Below the pieces are notes generated by a model that worked only from the letters and a program-made list of their open reading frames with translations, did no database searches and was not told the DNA's origin. The position numbers and the translations under genes were made by a program. Below are positions 11,281-24,854 of a DNA stretch of 64,000 nt, piece by piece (the first letter of the stretch is position 1; every line of letters starts with the position of its first letter). This DNA is from Sarea resinae. Its lineage: Eukaryota. The stretch lies in the NCBI GenBank assembly GCA_026026165.1, contig JAPEUD010000011.1, positions 186,001 through 250,000 of the forward strand, written 5' to 3'.

Positions 11281-14200
11281 TTAATCGGTCTTTAAGCTTT
11301 CCTCGATCGCGCGTCTGAGTTCAGGATCGTCATCAGCATCAACCTGGATTTCCTTTCCCTTCACAAGCTGGTGGTGCTCCTTTTCGAGCAAACTCTGCTT
11401 CTTGATATACTCCATGACAACCCTTTCCTCACTCTCCGCGCGCGACTCGTTTTCCTGATGTTGCTGATGAATTTGCCTTGACTCCTCTATGGCCTTCCTC
11501 AATTCGCTATCATCCTCATAAGGCTCGTGTTGTAGTGAATCTTGCAAAGCCTGCTTTATATCTTCGTCTGTGTCAATACCAGAGTCATTATTATGCTGCT
11601 CTCGTGTCTTGGACATGTTGCCGATACTGTCGTTCTGTTTCGAGTCACCACTATGACGAGATTGATCTTCATTTACGCGGTGTCGTGTAGACTTCAGTTC
11701 GAGGACGCTTGCTCTGATCGCCCGTTCGATCAATCTATCTTCCGCATCATCGCCTCTCGATGTTGCCGCAACAGAACGCCTAATGGCCTCTTCAAATTCG
11801 GCATCTTCTCGTTCCTCGCTTGGAGTTCTGCCATGAGGAGAGCCCGAATGGATGTCTTCTTGAGAAATTGTAGATCCAATACCCGTGGCCTTTGCAGGAT
11901 CTTCTTTTCTCCGCTTCTTCTCTTCTGCCAATGCCTTCCTCTCACTAAAGGACAGATGTCTCGTCTCCCAGAAGCCATTTGGGAGCTTCGATGTCTGTGT
12001 GCTGTAAGTGGGATCTGTCGCAATACGCTTTTGCTTCTCGGGCTCGGCCGAACGGGTTTTCGTCCTCACCGGCTCTACTTGGGTGAGCGATATTTGGAGG
12101 GCTTTCCAGTTGTTGATGATCTCATTACGCTCTTTCTCGGTGATCTGTTTCCACTCCTCATAGCCCTGTGTTGCTCGAGCGGCATAAATATAATTCTGAA
12201 TGTTGGCGCCAAATCGCTTTTGGATTTCTCTATAAATCCCTCGGAATGTGTAGCCGGGCACACCCCAGAAAGCTGTGGAAGTATAGTCAGCAAGAATCAC
12301 ACGTATCTAAACACACCGTTGAAGCACTAACCAGCACTAGGCTTCAATACGACCCCTCCTATACCTTTGCCGAAACCCTTAATAGCACCTGCGAAACCTT
12401 CCTTTTCGGCACCTTTCAAAGGTTGGGTGACTAGGCCAGAGATACCATCGTATAAGCCGTAACCAAATTCCTAAAAAGATGTTAGCATGAGCTAATAGTT
12501 ATTTTTTGGAGGTTATATACTTTTCCCGCTGCTTTGAGCCCGCTGTGAAAACCTGTGATCTTCTCGGGAGCTCTGACACTTTCATCGCCATACAGTCTAG
12601 GCGCATTGTGAAAACCCCTCGCAAGACTAAGTGTGAAGTCCATAGGTGATCGAACGCCGACATCAACGATGTGAAGAGCACTCTTTCCCGCTGACACAAC
12701 ATCATCAAATGAAACCTGACCCTGTTCAGAATCATTAGAATCGCGCCGGCTGTTGGTTGAAGAAACGGAGCTTGATCTTTGGCGTGAAGTTGTTCCTGGG
12801 TGAGGTGGCTCCAGGCGAGAGCCGGATGTTTCGTGAGTTTCGGTCTCAAAAAGACTCCCATTCAGAGCTTGAGACATTGCATTACCGCGACCATTGGCTG
12901 ATGGAGTAGATGTAGAAGGGCGTATTTTAGGGGTATCCGGCTGGCCTACGAGCTTGCCATCTAAGCTCTCGGACCCCATCGAAGGCGTATTGGCGATCTC
13001 AGGTTGCTGACTTCGGGACGCCAATGATAGACTGGAGTCGGCCCTTGCCAAATCCGAGTCAACTTTTGATAGATTGGATGATGTCGAAACAGCGGAAACG
13101 GCGCGCGAGCGTGTCTGTGATGGCTGCGGTGAGCGACTCCGGAGGCTAGAAACATCGACTGCTGAGTCCTGCTCGTCTAAAGCAACCGACTTTTTTGACG
13201 CTGACTTCATTTTCATGCTCTTAACGATGTCGATGGGTAAGTCTGCAACACCGCCCATGAGGCTGCCTATGGTACCCAATAAGGCAGAGGCACCGCCAGA
13301 GATAGGTTCCAGAGCTCCATCTTCAGCCATATAGTCGCGTGGGCGAAACCTGCAGAGTGTGAGAGCTAATTCATTGCCCATCAGGCCAGACTTACTGTTT
13401 GAGGTCGCCGAATTCGATGAGTCCCTCGTTACCCAATACCGTCGCCGCCAAAGCACTAAGTTGGATTCGTGTGCGCTTAACTCTCCATACTGCAACCCGA
13501 TTAGGGGCTATTGCACAGCGCATCTTGTCATAATCAAGCATGGTATGAAAACTCTGCGCTCCGACATCGCAACCTCTCTCTTCCCGGATCTTGTCCCCGA
13601 GTTCACCAGCTCTAGCCAAAGCATTTGGCTCTAGCGCTTCGAGTATAGCGCCAGCAAGCTTGTCGGCTGTGAGAGTCTTGTAAGGAATAGGGGCGGGACC
13701 TGCTCCAGCTTTCGCAGTCATTGCACCCCAGAAAGCTTGATCGCCAAAGAAAGGGACCACGACTGTAGGCCTACCCAAAGCAATACCAGCTGCTGTGGTG
13801 CCAGCGCCACCATGGTGGACCACGCAGGACACATGCTTGAAAAGCCAGTCGTGTGGAACATTGCCCAGCATAAAGACACCTTCTGGGATCCCTATTTCGT
13901 TTGCGCCAAACCCGCCCCATCCCTTTGAGACCAGAGCTCGCTGCCCTGTCTTTTTGACAGCTTCGAAGATCAATTTGGTCATCGCATTGGGATCATCAAC
14001 GACGATTGAACCAAACCCGATGTAAACAGGCGGTGGGCCAGCCTCGAGAAATGCAGCCAGATCTGGATCCGGTGTAAAGTTTGACGCAAGAGATAAAAAG
14101 AAGAATCCAGATATGGTTATCTCACTCCCCCAATCTCGTGGCTTAGGTATTAGGGCTGGGGACCTGTGAAATTGAGTAAGATGGAAACTACGATCTTTGG

Positions 14201-15590
14201 GGTAGTATTACTTACCAGCAGTATGTAAATGGTATTTTCATGCGATTGACCATGCCGGGTGCGCAAGCTAGACTTATGGACTCCAACCCCAAATATCTTT
14301 CCCGAAACCTATTGATAACGTCGCCAAGGCCTTGCCAGGTCATCATCTCCACTAGAGCGTAAGAGATGAAGTTGGCCAAGCTCAAATCAGAATTGTTCGA
14401 TTGGATGTTGGCTAGTGGATGAGGGAATGCTTGTGTAGGCGTCCAAGGCATACTAGGTTTCTCAGTCAGTTTGAAATAGCCATACCAGCTCTAGTCGACC
14501 TACGTAAACATTAAATGCAGTGGGATACCAAGCCTCTCAGCACAATGAACATGAGCAAAGCTTGGAGGATTGGCAATAATGGCATCCGCAACGAAGGGAG
14601 TCAACGGCTCTGATCCAGACGAGTCGCCAGTGTCGAGTCGGGTGAATTCAGCCGCCGCGTCATCCGAGGCTGCGATACCGGTGCCATCACCAGCCTCGAT
14701 ACAGGACCTCCAGCACCCTTTAATGATCTCGTACATGCCTTTCCGGCGTTTACCGATATCGCCACTTCGAAGCGTATCCATACCAGGCATAAGCCCGGGG
14801 TTCTTCACCATGAAAGCCATGAGCTCTGCCGGATCTCCCCCGATGCTGAAAAATTCAAGTCCATTCTCTTCGACAAATTCCTTGAAAGAAGGATGCGTTG
14901 CCAGGCGGACTCTATGGTTATAATCTCGTTTCAAGACTTTTCCTAATGCAACAAAGGGCTGTACATCTCCACGAGAACCGACCACGTGGATGACGACGTT
15001 CATGGGCGGAGGACAGTTTTGACCAGGGCCACCGCCAAGCGATGGAGGAATGTAACTGGGAACCGGTTCTGGCTTTTCACAAATGTGTAGTTGGTGGCGT
15101 AGAGCTGGTACGAGAAGATTCGAAAGGGTCAATGCTCTCTGATTGATTTTGATATTGACACGTCCATCATCTGTAAGGCTATTAGCATGTCAAACATCGA
15201 ACATAAACAGCCGGATTATATACTTGAAACATCCGCATGCGTGTTCAGTCCACCTTGATCAAAGTCGAGCTGATTGTGAGCTTTGCTGTATGCTGGTGGC
15301 GGTATAGACTCGATGGAAAGTTCGTCCATAGAAACTCTGGGAGCGGGAGGAGGCTTGCTACCAGTCGACGTTTCATGATGAGTGCTGTCTCGGGCACTCG
15401 TCCTGTAGACTTTGCAATTAGCCAAGTGTCCACATCATCAAAGAGATTGGAAGCAGTCTTACGAAGATCTCTTATGGCCTTCAGATTCGACCCCAGACTC
15501 ATCTGCATGACGGCTAGGTTCATGCTGACCTGACGATATGCTCTCTTTCCGATCGTCGCCCATCTTCTCTGTTTCTGATGGCTCTCCCAT
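11281..15590 (-). CDS. Glycosyltransferase family 1 / GT28-domain (UDP-glucose:sterol glucosyltransferase-like) protein with C-terminal UIM-like repeats, multi-intron
   Basis: MNVVIHVVGSRGDVQPFVALG..HRVRLATH; DAIIANPPSFAHVHCAERLGIPLHLMFT|MPWTPT; PHDWLF..VVHHGGAGTTAAG..VVPFFGDQAFWG (UDP-sugar signature); C-term EDAEFEEAIRRS, DDSELRKAIEES, DDPELRRAIEESLK. Start codon choice (15590) is inferred. Confidence 0.88.
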
Positions 15591-16677
15591 ACTGACTTGT
15601 GTACCTTCGAAGTTCGACTTTTGGCTCTTCGAATGGTCAAGGTCCACAGACCAATGCTAGGGGCGCCTATGCTTTTGCCGCTCGTGATGGTAAGGTAGGT
15701 GCGCGAAGTACGGTTCTCGCAGAGGCGCAGAAAATCGATAAGCCAAGACCTCTCAAGTCATATTAGGCCAGGCTGCTTCAAGTCTGTGGTGAATAAACCA
15801 TTCACGAGGCAATTTGATGAGCAATGGAATACCTGGACACCGAGGACAGTAACAGGAGATGGTGCTATTTACTAGCATTGGAGGCAGATTCGAAGTGTTG
15901 CGACCAGTTCCAGGGTCAAGTGCATAAGCACAGCCTACTTGCTAAATGTGAATCGAAACTGGAAAAGAGGTGAAAGGTGACAAGACGAGTTTCAGGCAGT
16001 CAAGAATAGACGTGTAGGATCACAGACTGGATTCTCTGGTGCCTCTGCTTCGAAAGGACGACGGTGATGCTGAAACAATGAACGAGGTGGGGAGCTACTA
16101 CTACTATGTACTACTCTTCTCTACTGTGTACTACAGCAGCAGTAAGTGGAGGCAAGTTGATGCACACATGGTTTAGTGCCTCGCTGTCGTTATTATTGAC
16201 AGGCTCTAGACTACCTTACGTAGTATGCCCGGGCCCCCACACAATCCCAGTCTCTGCGGAGATCCTGAATGTTGACGGTTGCTGAGCCACAGCCGATGAG
16301 GTAAGGGGCTTATGACGGTGCTTACGACGGTGCCATCATTGATGCTTGTGACCATTGTGTAAGACCTACCTTGAGATAAGGTAATCGTGCCTATGAAGTA
16401 CTGCTCTGTACTATGAGTACGTGGTCAGGTAAGGTAGACACAAGGTACTCTGTACTGAGCACCGTGGACATTGAAAGGGATAATCAAGGCTCACTTCACT
16501 TGAGCTGTACTTCAGCCTCTCGCTTACCGTAGTCATTCATTTCTGCAGTCCACTTCGTACGAGGTCTATCTCGCCAAGCGTATCCAATAGTGATCCATTT
16601 GCACAGTGAGCATCAACATTTCACTTCGATGTGATTTTCTGCTACATTGATCGGGCCTGTCTAATCGGAGACGGCAA

Positions 16678-19149
16678 ATGAAAATGGCACAAGACGCTGA
16701 CATCGCCACCATTGATGACGCCCCAGTCAATCCACTCGATCCAACCTCTCCTCTTAAACGGCCACAACCTGGGACTCTCCCAGAAGACGCACATGCACCT
16801 CAACCTCCTCTACCAGAGGACTCGGCCGTCACAAACGCCGAAAAGGTCGAGCGCACTGGATTGATAGACAATCAACCTCTGGTCGACGACTTTCAAGAGT
16901 CCCCTGCAAAGAAGATCAAGTTGAACGGCGATGCAGACCAAGCAGCCAAGCCTGTCATTGATCCTAGGCAGAAAGGCGTTGCGCCCATAAAGAAAGAGTA
17001 AGCATTTCCAGAATCACTAGGTTCATCAATCGCTCGACAATTGACTTATCGGTTTCTTGATCAATTTCTCCAGATTCTTAATCTTCCCCCTAGGAAGTAA
17101 GAAGCCAGACAATCTTCTCGTTACAGATGACGATGCCGCCGAGGCTGCGGGACGCAATGATGAAGATCGATCCGGCGGGAAGAGGAAGGGCAAATCGAAA
17201 GGGCAAAATACCGGTCGACAATTCGGATCGTCAAGAGACAAACTAGAACTGTGCTCTTCCCGAGCTAAATACCCAGAGTTCTCTCCACTGGAATGTCGCT
17301 TTGGGGACGGATGCAAATTTGAGCACGACCTTCGAAAGTATCTTCAAGAAGGCAAGAGGGACGACTTAAAGACCTTCAATGGACTATGTCCTGTGTGGGA
17401 AGCCAATGGGGTCTGCTATTCTGGGTGGAAATGTCGTTTCGTCGGATCACATATGAAAGAGAGAGTTGCGGACGACGGACGAAAAGAGTTGGTGCTTACC
17501 GAGAATACGGAACTGAAAACCAAGCTCGGCCGGAATCCCGATTCAGAGGAGGGCGCTGGGGTCGTCAATGTCGTCAGTATGCAGAGCAAGGTGGACCTGG
17601 CAAGACGGAAGACGAAGACTCCGAAAGCGGACAAGTACATAGCATGGCTAGACAATACCGCGAAGGAGCCTTCGAAGCAAGGAGGCCCCGAAAAAGAGAG
17701 CACTGAAAAGACAGAAAAGACAGATGGAATCACTGATAATGCCGAGGAGAAAGAAAATGGACTTGTAGCGGATAACAGAGCTCAATATCGCGAACCTCCT
17801 TTCTTAGCTTCGGAGAAGAGGCGACTTTACTTTGGACCCGACACACCAGTTCTTGCCCCTTTGACAACTCAAGGCAACTTGCCGTTCCGGCGTTTATGCG
17901 TCAGCTTAGGCGCTCAGCTTACCTACTCGGAAATGGCAATGAGTATGCCTATTGTTCAAGGTGTCAAGTCAGAGTGGGCACTGATGAAGGCCCACGAGTC
18001 TGAAATTTCTCCACCAGTCTTGAGGGGTCAAAATCAAACCGTAACCGACTATGACAATTCCAAGGACTTGAAGTTCGGTGTTCAAATCACAGCCAACAAG
18101 GCTTGGCAAGCGGTGAAGGCGGCTGAAGTGATGACTGCTTTATGTCCTCATATTCGGCTCATCGATCTGAACTGCGGCTGTCCTATTGATTTGGTTGTGC
18201 GTACTGGTGCTGGCGCGGCTTTGCTTGACAATGCGTCCAAGCTCGAGAAGATTGTACGGGGAGTGAATGTGGTGTCTGGCGATGTTCCTGCTACCATAAA
18301 AATTCGGATGGGTACGAAAGATTCGAAGCCTACTGCCCAGAAGCTTATCGAACGTATGTTGCATGGACAATCTGAAGGAACCGGGTATGCAGAAGGGGCT
18401 GCAGGTGTTGCTGCCATCACGCTCCATGGGCGGAGTAGACAGCAACGGTATACGAAGAGTGCCGACTGGGGATACATTGCCGAATGCTCCGCCCTAATCA
18501 ATTGGCACAATCAGCAGAGGAACGAGCTTGCCGACACCGTTAGAGAAGCAGACCCAAGAACGGAGCCCGCTAGTTCAGGTGGTCGCGTTTACTTCATCGG
18601 AAACGGCGATTGCTATTCCCACGAGGATTACAATACTCATATCCAGGACGCGAAGGTAGACTCCGTGATGATTGCTCGTGGGGCTCTGACAAAGCCATGG
18701 ATATTCGAGGAGATCGAAAAAGGACAATATCTCGACAAAAGTGCAAGCGAACGTCTCGGGCTGGTGGAAAAGTTTGCCAAATACGGGCTTGAGGCGTGGG
18801 GATCAGACGAGATCGGCGTTGGAATCACAAGGAGGTTTCTCTTGGAGTGGTTGAGCTTTGCCTACCGATATATACCAGTAGGCATACTAGAACATCTCCC
18901 GCCGAGTCTTCAGGATCGGCCACCCGCCTGGAGAGGCCGAAATGATCTAGAGACGTTGCTTGGCAGCGATAACTACAAGGACTGGATTAAGATCAGGTGC
19001 GTTGTCTTGTCTTGCCCCATCTTGATGACTAGACTGCTCGGAAGACTAATATCAGAGACAGCGAGATGTTCCTTGGCCCAGCGCATAAGGATTTCAAGTT
19101 CGATCCCAAGCACACATCGAACAGTTACGATATTGAAGCGGAGGGATAG
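16678..19149 (+). CDS. DUS3: tRNA-dihydrouridine(47) synthase Dus3, 2 introns
   Basis: CCCH-type fingers, [70 protein letters not shown]; last exon [22 protein letters not shown]. Confidence 0.95.
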
Positions 19150-19831
19150 ATTAGCTGCAAACATCTCGCGGCACCTGGAAGTCTAAAAGCTCTTGACCCT
19201 GCGACAGCTTCCTATTCATCTTTGAGCTGTATAGATCTAAAATTCAAGCCATGAAATCAGGAGATGACGAGAGCGTCGCTCCACTAACATAGACATGATT
19301 ATGGCAAGTATTCAATAAAGAAAATGAAATGAAATATGACGCGCTACTGCTGGGTTGACTTGAGAGTACCTTACTACCTATCCATGAACGCACAGTGGTG
19401 TGGCCCGTTTGGTAGATGTGCAGCTGAGGGGTGATATCAGGCTGGTTGGAGCGTTGGGGCCATTGCCTAGTTTAGACTCAGTGACGTACCAATCGATGAA
19501 TAGCGGCGTGGCTGAAGTCAAGCCACGTCCGTAGCGAACAACAGTGACGAGCCCAGGTAGACGTAACACCTCACGACCGTCGACCGTCACTCGTCCTGTT
19601 TATCCAACTTCATCCGTCTTTCACGCTCAATAACCTCAGGGCTCTCCATTGACTGTTCTCTCTTATCCAAACACCTTACCTGAGCGTTCTTCACAGGTTC
19701 AGTCTTGTGTGTTCCCAGCTTGAACCATCTCAGACACGACTGCACCTTTGGCACTATTCAGCCTCAGGTCCGGCTTAGCCTTGTGACAGTTGTCCTCAAG
19801 CATCAACATCAATCAATAGCCAACCGTCAAG

Positions 19832-20769
19832 ATGACGCTCTACTACAGCCTGGTGAGTTCTTTCTTGATCATCGCATATCGTTGTCTTGTCCCGTTGTCG
19901 CTGATTGTCGACTCACCTCGCCACTATTCTGGCCACTACTCCGTTTCGACTCCTATGTCTTCTCTTTGCCATTTGAATGCATCTGCTTTTCGGTCGCATC
20001 CAGGGCTCTCCGGCTAATTGTCATATTTTATAGGTGTTCCTTTTGCTCGTTGCGGAAATGAGCATCTTCATGTTGCTCATTGTCCCACTACCATTTACCT
20101 GGAGGAGGAAGCTCTTCACCTTCATCTCCGAGAGTCCGATTATAGCGAAGTTACAATATGGCATGAAGGTATGACATTGCTCCTCAGGCTTTTAGATATT
20201 CGGTCCTAATATACCCTAGATCACGTTTATCTTCATTCTTATCCTGTTCATTGACAGTGTCAATCGCGTCTATCGCGTCCAGGTCGAACTGGCGTCAGTG
20301 TCTAAGGATAGTGCGCAGGCTAGGTATGCTCGTACTCTTATCCCGCTACATGGTATGCCTATTAATCTTTAGTTCGTGGTACAGAGCCACCGTTCTTGGA
20401 GGATCCGAGCGCATGGAAGTGCAAGCCCGCAAGTTCTACTCTCAACGCAATATGTATCTTTGCGGCTTCACTCTCTTCCTCTCGTTGATCTTGAACCGAA
20501 CCTATGTAATGATCCTCGACGTTCTTCGCTTGGAAGATGAGGTTAAGCGTCTCAATGGCGATTCCAAGGCCAAGGGCAAGGACTCTGCGTCCCTTGCAAA
20601 GGCAGGTGATGCCGGAGAGATCGGTAAATTGAGGAAGCAACTCGCCGAGAAAGAGACCGACTTCCAGACGCTCAAGAAGCAGAGTGAGGGCCTGAGGCGG
20701 GAATACAACAACTTGAGCGACCAATACAGCAAGCTTCAAGAAGACGATACCCCCAAGAAGGAGAGGTAG
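19832..20769 (+). CDS. BAP31/BAP29 (Yet1-3-like) ER membrane protein, 3 introns
   Basis: MTLYYSL|VFLLLVAEMSIFMLLIVPLPF..ITFIFILILFIDSVNRV..ARKFYSQRNMYLCGFTLFLSL, coiled coil, C-terminal KKxx (PKKER*). Confidence 0.92.
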
Positions 20770-21398
20770 AGACTGGACCAGAGTGCACGGTGGGCAGAGC
20801 TCAGCAACTACTGGGTTAGGAAGCTTTACTGTTTGGAGCAAAGTTCAATCTGCAACTTGACAGCCGCGCCAAATTTGTAAAGCCTTGGTGCGATGCTGCG
20901 GTAATTGAATTCTCTGCGATCTCTCTTATACAAGATTGGTGTTAAAATCAGGTTTCCGATTCCTGGCAGCGAGGCAGTCATGCTGGTTTGCCAGGCTCAA
21001 GATCTGTTCCCTTAGGTTGTGTAGGCGGAATATCGAAAGAATAAAATAAAAAGCGCTGGAATTGATTAGTACCTATCTGCTTCGAGTATCAAAGCAAAGG
21101 AGAGTATTCTTGCGATCGTATTATAGGAGATGCAATGTCACCTTGATCCGATGTGTGCCATACTATCTACTCCGTAGTACAGTAGATTTCAGGATTGTCC
21201 TTCTGTCGGTAGCAAAGTTCCCCGAGCGGCAATTCCCGGCGATCAACTTAGCCGTTGTTGACTTTTGGCTGGGCCGTAGCTCAGGTAGATACTTGCAGCA
21301 ACATGACTTTCCAGGGAGGGAATTTAATGGATACCGACTAGCCTTACAGTCAGAAGGCTTTACGACTTTTCAGGATGCTCACTCGCTGATAGAGTGCC

Positions 21399-22948
21399 AT
21401 GGCAGATAGCTACAAAAATCTAAAGGAGGACTTCGTGTCGAACCTGACAGGCGGAGAAATATCAGAGATCAACTATGTGACTGCCGTGGCTCCAGTATGC
21501 TTGCTTTCCTTGCGCCTGATATATATTGAGCATTGCTGATGTTTCCTCTCAAGATATCCGTGTTTCTTTACTCGGTTCTTCAGTCGCGGCAATCGTTTTT
21601 CGTTCCTTATGGGCGAGCGGCCTCCGTGACAGACTTCCTCCTCACCTGCGCCTCGATTCTTCTAGCGACGACAGCCTACTCTTCCTCTCCTCTACTACTC
21701 AACATACTACTTTTATCTCCTGCGGTCTTACTATATCTACTTCCAAGACAGACGGCCGGGAAGAAAGTGAAGCGAAATTCCACGCAGACGTCTAATGGCC
21801 ATGGAGAGACATCCATCTCCCAGTCGCCCCTGGATCAATTTCCATACAGACCATTTCTTACTGTATACCGCGGCTCGATGATGGTGATAACATGTATAGC
21901 CATTCTAGCCGTCGACTTCAGGATCTTTCCACGGCGTTTTGCAAAAGTCGAAAATTGGGGCACATCGCTTATGGATCTGGGAGTCGGGTCCTTCGTCTTT
22001 TCAGCAGGCGTCGTATCGGTGCGGCCCTTACTAAAGGAGCAGCACGCGGGTAGATCTACGGCGTTAGGCAAGAGACTGTATGCCTCAGCTCGCCATTCCC
22101 TGCCACTACTTGCTCTTGGACTTGTGCGATTGTACAGCGTCAAGGGACTGGACTATGCGGAGCATGTCTCCGAGTACGGAGTACATTGGAATTTCTTTTT
22201 TACTCTGGCATTTCTGCCGCCCTTTGTTGCGCTCTTTCAAACCGCGTTCCAATTCATCCCTTCATATTCATTGCTTGCTGTCATGTTAGGCGCAGGCTAC
22301 CAGGCAGCGCTCACATTAACCGACCTCCAAGCATTTATTCTGACGGCTCCGCGGACTGACCTGTTCTCTAAGAACCGCGAAGGGATCTTCTCTTTCTTCG
22401 GGTATTTGGCCATATTCTTAGGGGGGCAGGCAATCGGAACATATGTCCTGCCCCGTGGCACGACCCATAGAGCTTCAGATGCCGACAAGCAGCGGAAAAC
22501 CCTCCTCTACACCCTCGCATCTTGCTCCGTGCTCTGGGTTCTCCTCTTCAATCTTTCAACAGGCTACAGCTATGGCCTCCGCCTGCGCGTCTCTCGCCGC
22601 CTCGCAAACCTGCCATATTTCCTCTGGGTAGTGGCCTTCAACTGCTGCCAGATGACACTCTTCTGCGCTATCGAGACCCTATGCTTCCCGGGCGTCCATA
22701 AAGCAACAGACGGAGAGACGGAGAGAGAGCGGTGCACTGAGGCCACAAGTCCGATCTTGCATGCTTATAACCGCAATGGCCTTGCTATCTTCTTGCTCGC
22801 GAATCTGCTGACAGGAGCGGTCAACCTGACACTGCCGACACTGCACATGGGATCCCTGCAGGCTATGGCCGTGTTGGTGATCTATCTGGCCTCCTTGACC
22901 GGTGTGGCTGTTGCGCTAGATCGGTTCGATATATCGATCAAGTTATAA
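21399..22948 (+). CDS. GWT1: GPI inositol acyltransferase Gwt1 (PIG-W), 1 intron (~21495-21553)
   Basis: [105 protein letters not shown]. Confidence 0.97.
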
Positions 22949-24810
22949 ATTGTTGGAAGAAGATGACGGCGTACTCCGTAGACAACAATCACCAATCTAG
23001 TACGATACTTCTCTATGCCACACCCGTGAAGCTACACAAGAAAGCAAGGGCGCATGCGCGCCATGCAGTACTTGTCAATTGTGCATTCAAGAGCTCTTGA
23101 TGTAACGCGGGGGCGCCATCAAAGCTTCTTTTCGATATGCAAGATTTCGGCGGCCTGCGCCAGGACCTTAAGGTCGCACACGGCTGGTATGTTCGCTTGC
23201 GATTCTGTACTACAATGAATCTGCAATTTCCCATGCTTGCATCTGCTTGCTTTTCTCCTTCCGCCAGGCACATATGTGGAGGTACAGAGTCAAAAGTATT
23301 TTCTCCCGCATACTACTCTTGTTGCATACTACGGCAGTGGGGTACGTGGTCATTTGATAAACGCGGTACTGCGTACAAAGTTCACAGTACCTAGTAGAGA
23401 CGGCTTTGGCCGGCTGGCGTAGTATCGAGATTTGCGATGCTTAGACTCGGAGGTTCACGTTGGTTCCAGTGCGTAGTCTGATTGAGATCGGCACATTTAG
23501 GGCTCGGAATCCACTGCCGAAGTGCTTCGGAGGCGATGACTGATCGATCCGTCGGTCTCTGTTGGGCTTCCAATCACAGCTACAGAGAGTAAGGTAGGGC
23601 AGACATGAAGAAGATGAAGATGATGACGAAAAGAAGGGCGGAGATCTGGGATATGGAAATCGATATGGACATGGATAGGTATGGATGGACATGGGCATGG
23701 AGCCGAAGATGATGCCTACCAAGTGTTCACGATCGCGCTCTCACCTCTCTCTCTTGTCATGACCGAAGAAGGGTCCTTACGTATGACGACCATGTCATCA
23801 ATCGATGGTGTTGCGGAGATTCGCTTTGCCTATTTTCGTGTTACACGGTTAATGACAACAATGCCCCGACGTCCGGCCAGCGCGAAGGTTGATGATGGCT
23901 AAGGCGGGCTTGAAACATGCTAAGCCCGAGAGCTGGGGGAATCGTGTCAGGCCGGAAGGATTTGGAGTAGAGTAGTAGAGTAGTATCCCCCACCGCTCTG
24001 ATGATGGATCGATTACCCTCTGGGGACAATTGAGAGGGAGCAGAGGGAGGGTACTGTGCGTTGAGAGAGGAGAAGGGCAGAGGAGGGAAGAGAGGCCTTG
24101 AAGAGGACGGGAGGCAGGATGGTAGAGATTTTCATCGATTCATGCCCGTATTGTGAATCCAGGAACGGGCGCAAAAGGATAGCTTCCTATGTATGGTAGA
24201 TGCAATTCCCTTACTCGTACAGACGATCTCTTGGGTTCCCTCGGTTCCCAAGGGTGATAGTGCGCTGGAGGTCGTGGTAGTGCGGGAGTCAGGCAGGTAA
24301 TTCGGGCCTAGCATAGCCGTCCGGCCCCTATTCCCCTTCGCGTGTCGCTATGGGCTTGGCCTGTTCCCTGCCACTTTCCCGGCCGGGCAAGGCCAAGAGG
24401 GAAATTACTGCAGTATGAAGTACGCACCAATGGCGGTACCTGATCGCGACTTGCTGCCGGCCATCTTCCTGCGAGTCTGCAGAGGTACTGCCGAGTAGAC
24501 TCCGAGTACGAACGCATTGATGTACAGTAGAGTAGAGTCGACAACGGCCATCCATGGCTCGGACCATGCCCAGGGCTGGACTCGAAATGAAGGAAGGAAG
24601 GAGCCGACGGGGCGAGGGATGCTCATGGTTGGGCAGTGAGGAATACCCCGATGGGAGGTAGTCGCGGGCCCATCGTGCTCGCTGTAAGGTACTTGATGCC
24701 CGTGTAGCGTCGGCGCCTGAGGTGACCTCTCGTCCTCCAGGGCTGGCAGTAGACCGATACCTCCCTCTCTCGCCCGTGGGTGCTGCGACTCCGCTGTCAC
24801 CACTACTCCT

Positions 24811-24854
24811 ACCACCACTACCACCACTACCACCACTACCACCACCACCACTAC
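24811..24854. repeat. (ACCACCACT)n-type simple repeat in the region upstream of the kinase
   Basis: accaccactaccaccactaccaccactaccaccaccaccactac read directly. Confidence 0.9.

Noticed and set aside
22937..22948. Gwt1 C-terminal IKL as a peroxisomal PTS1
   Set aside because: Polytopic ER protein; this ending is usual for the family and is not a canonical PTS1.
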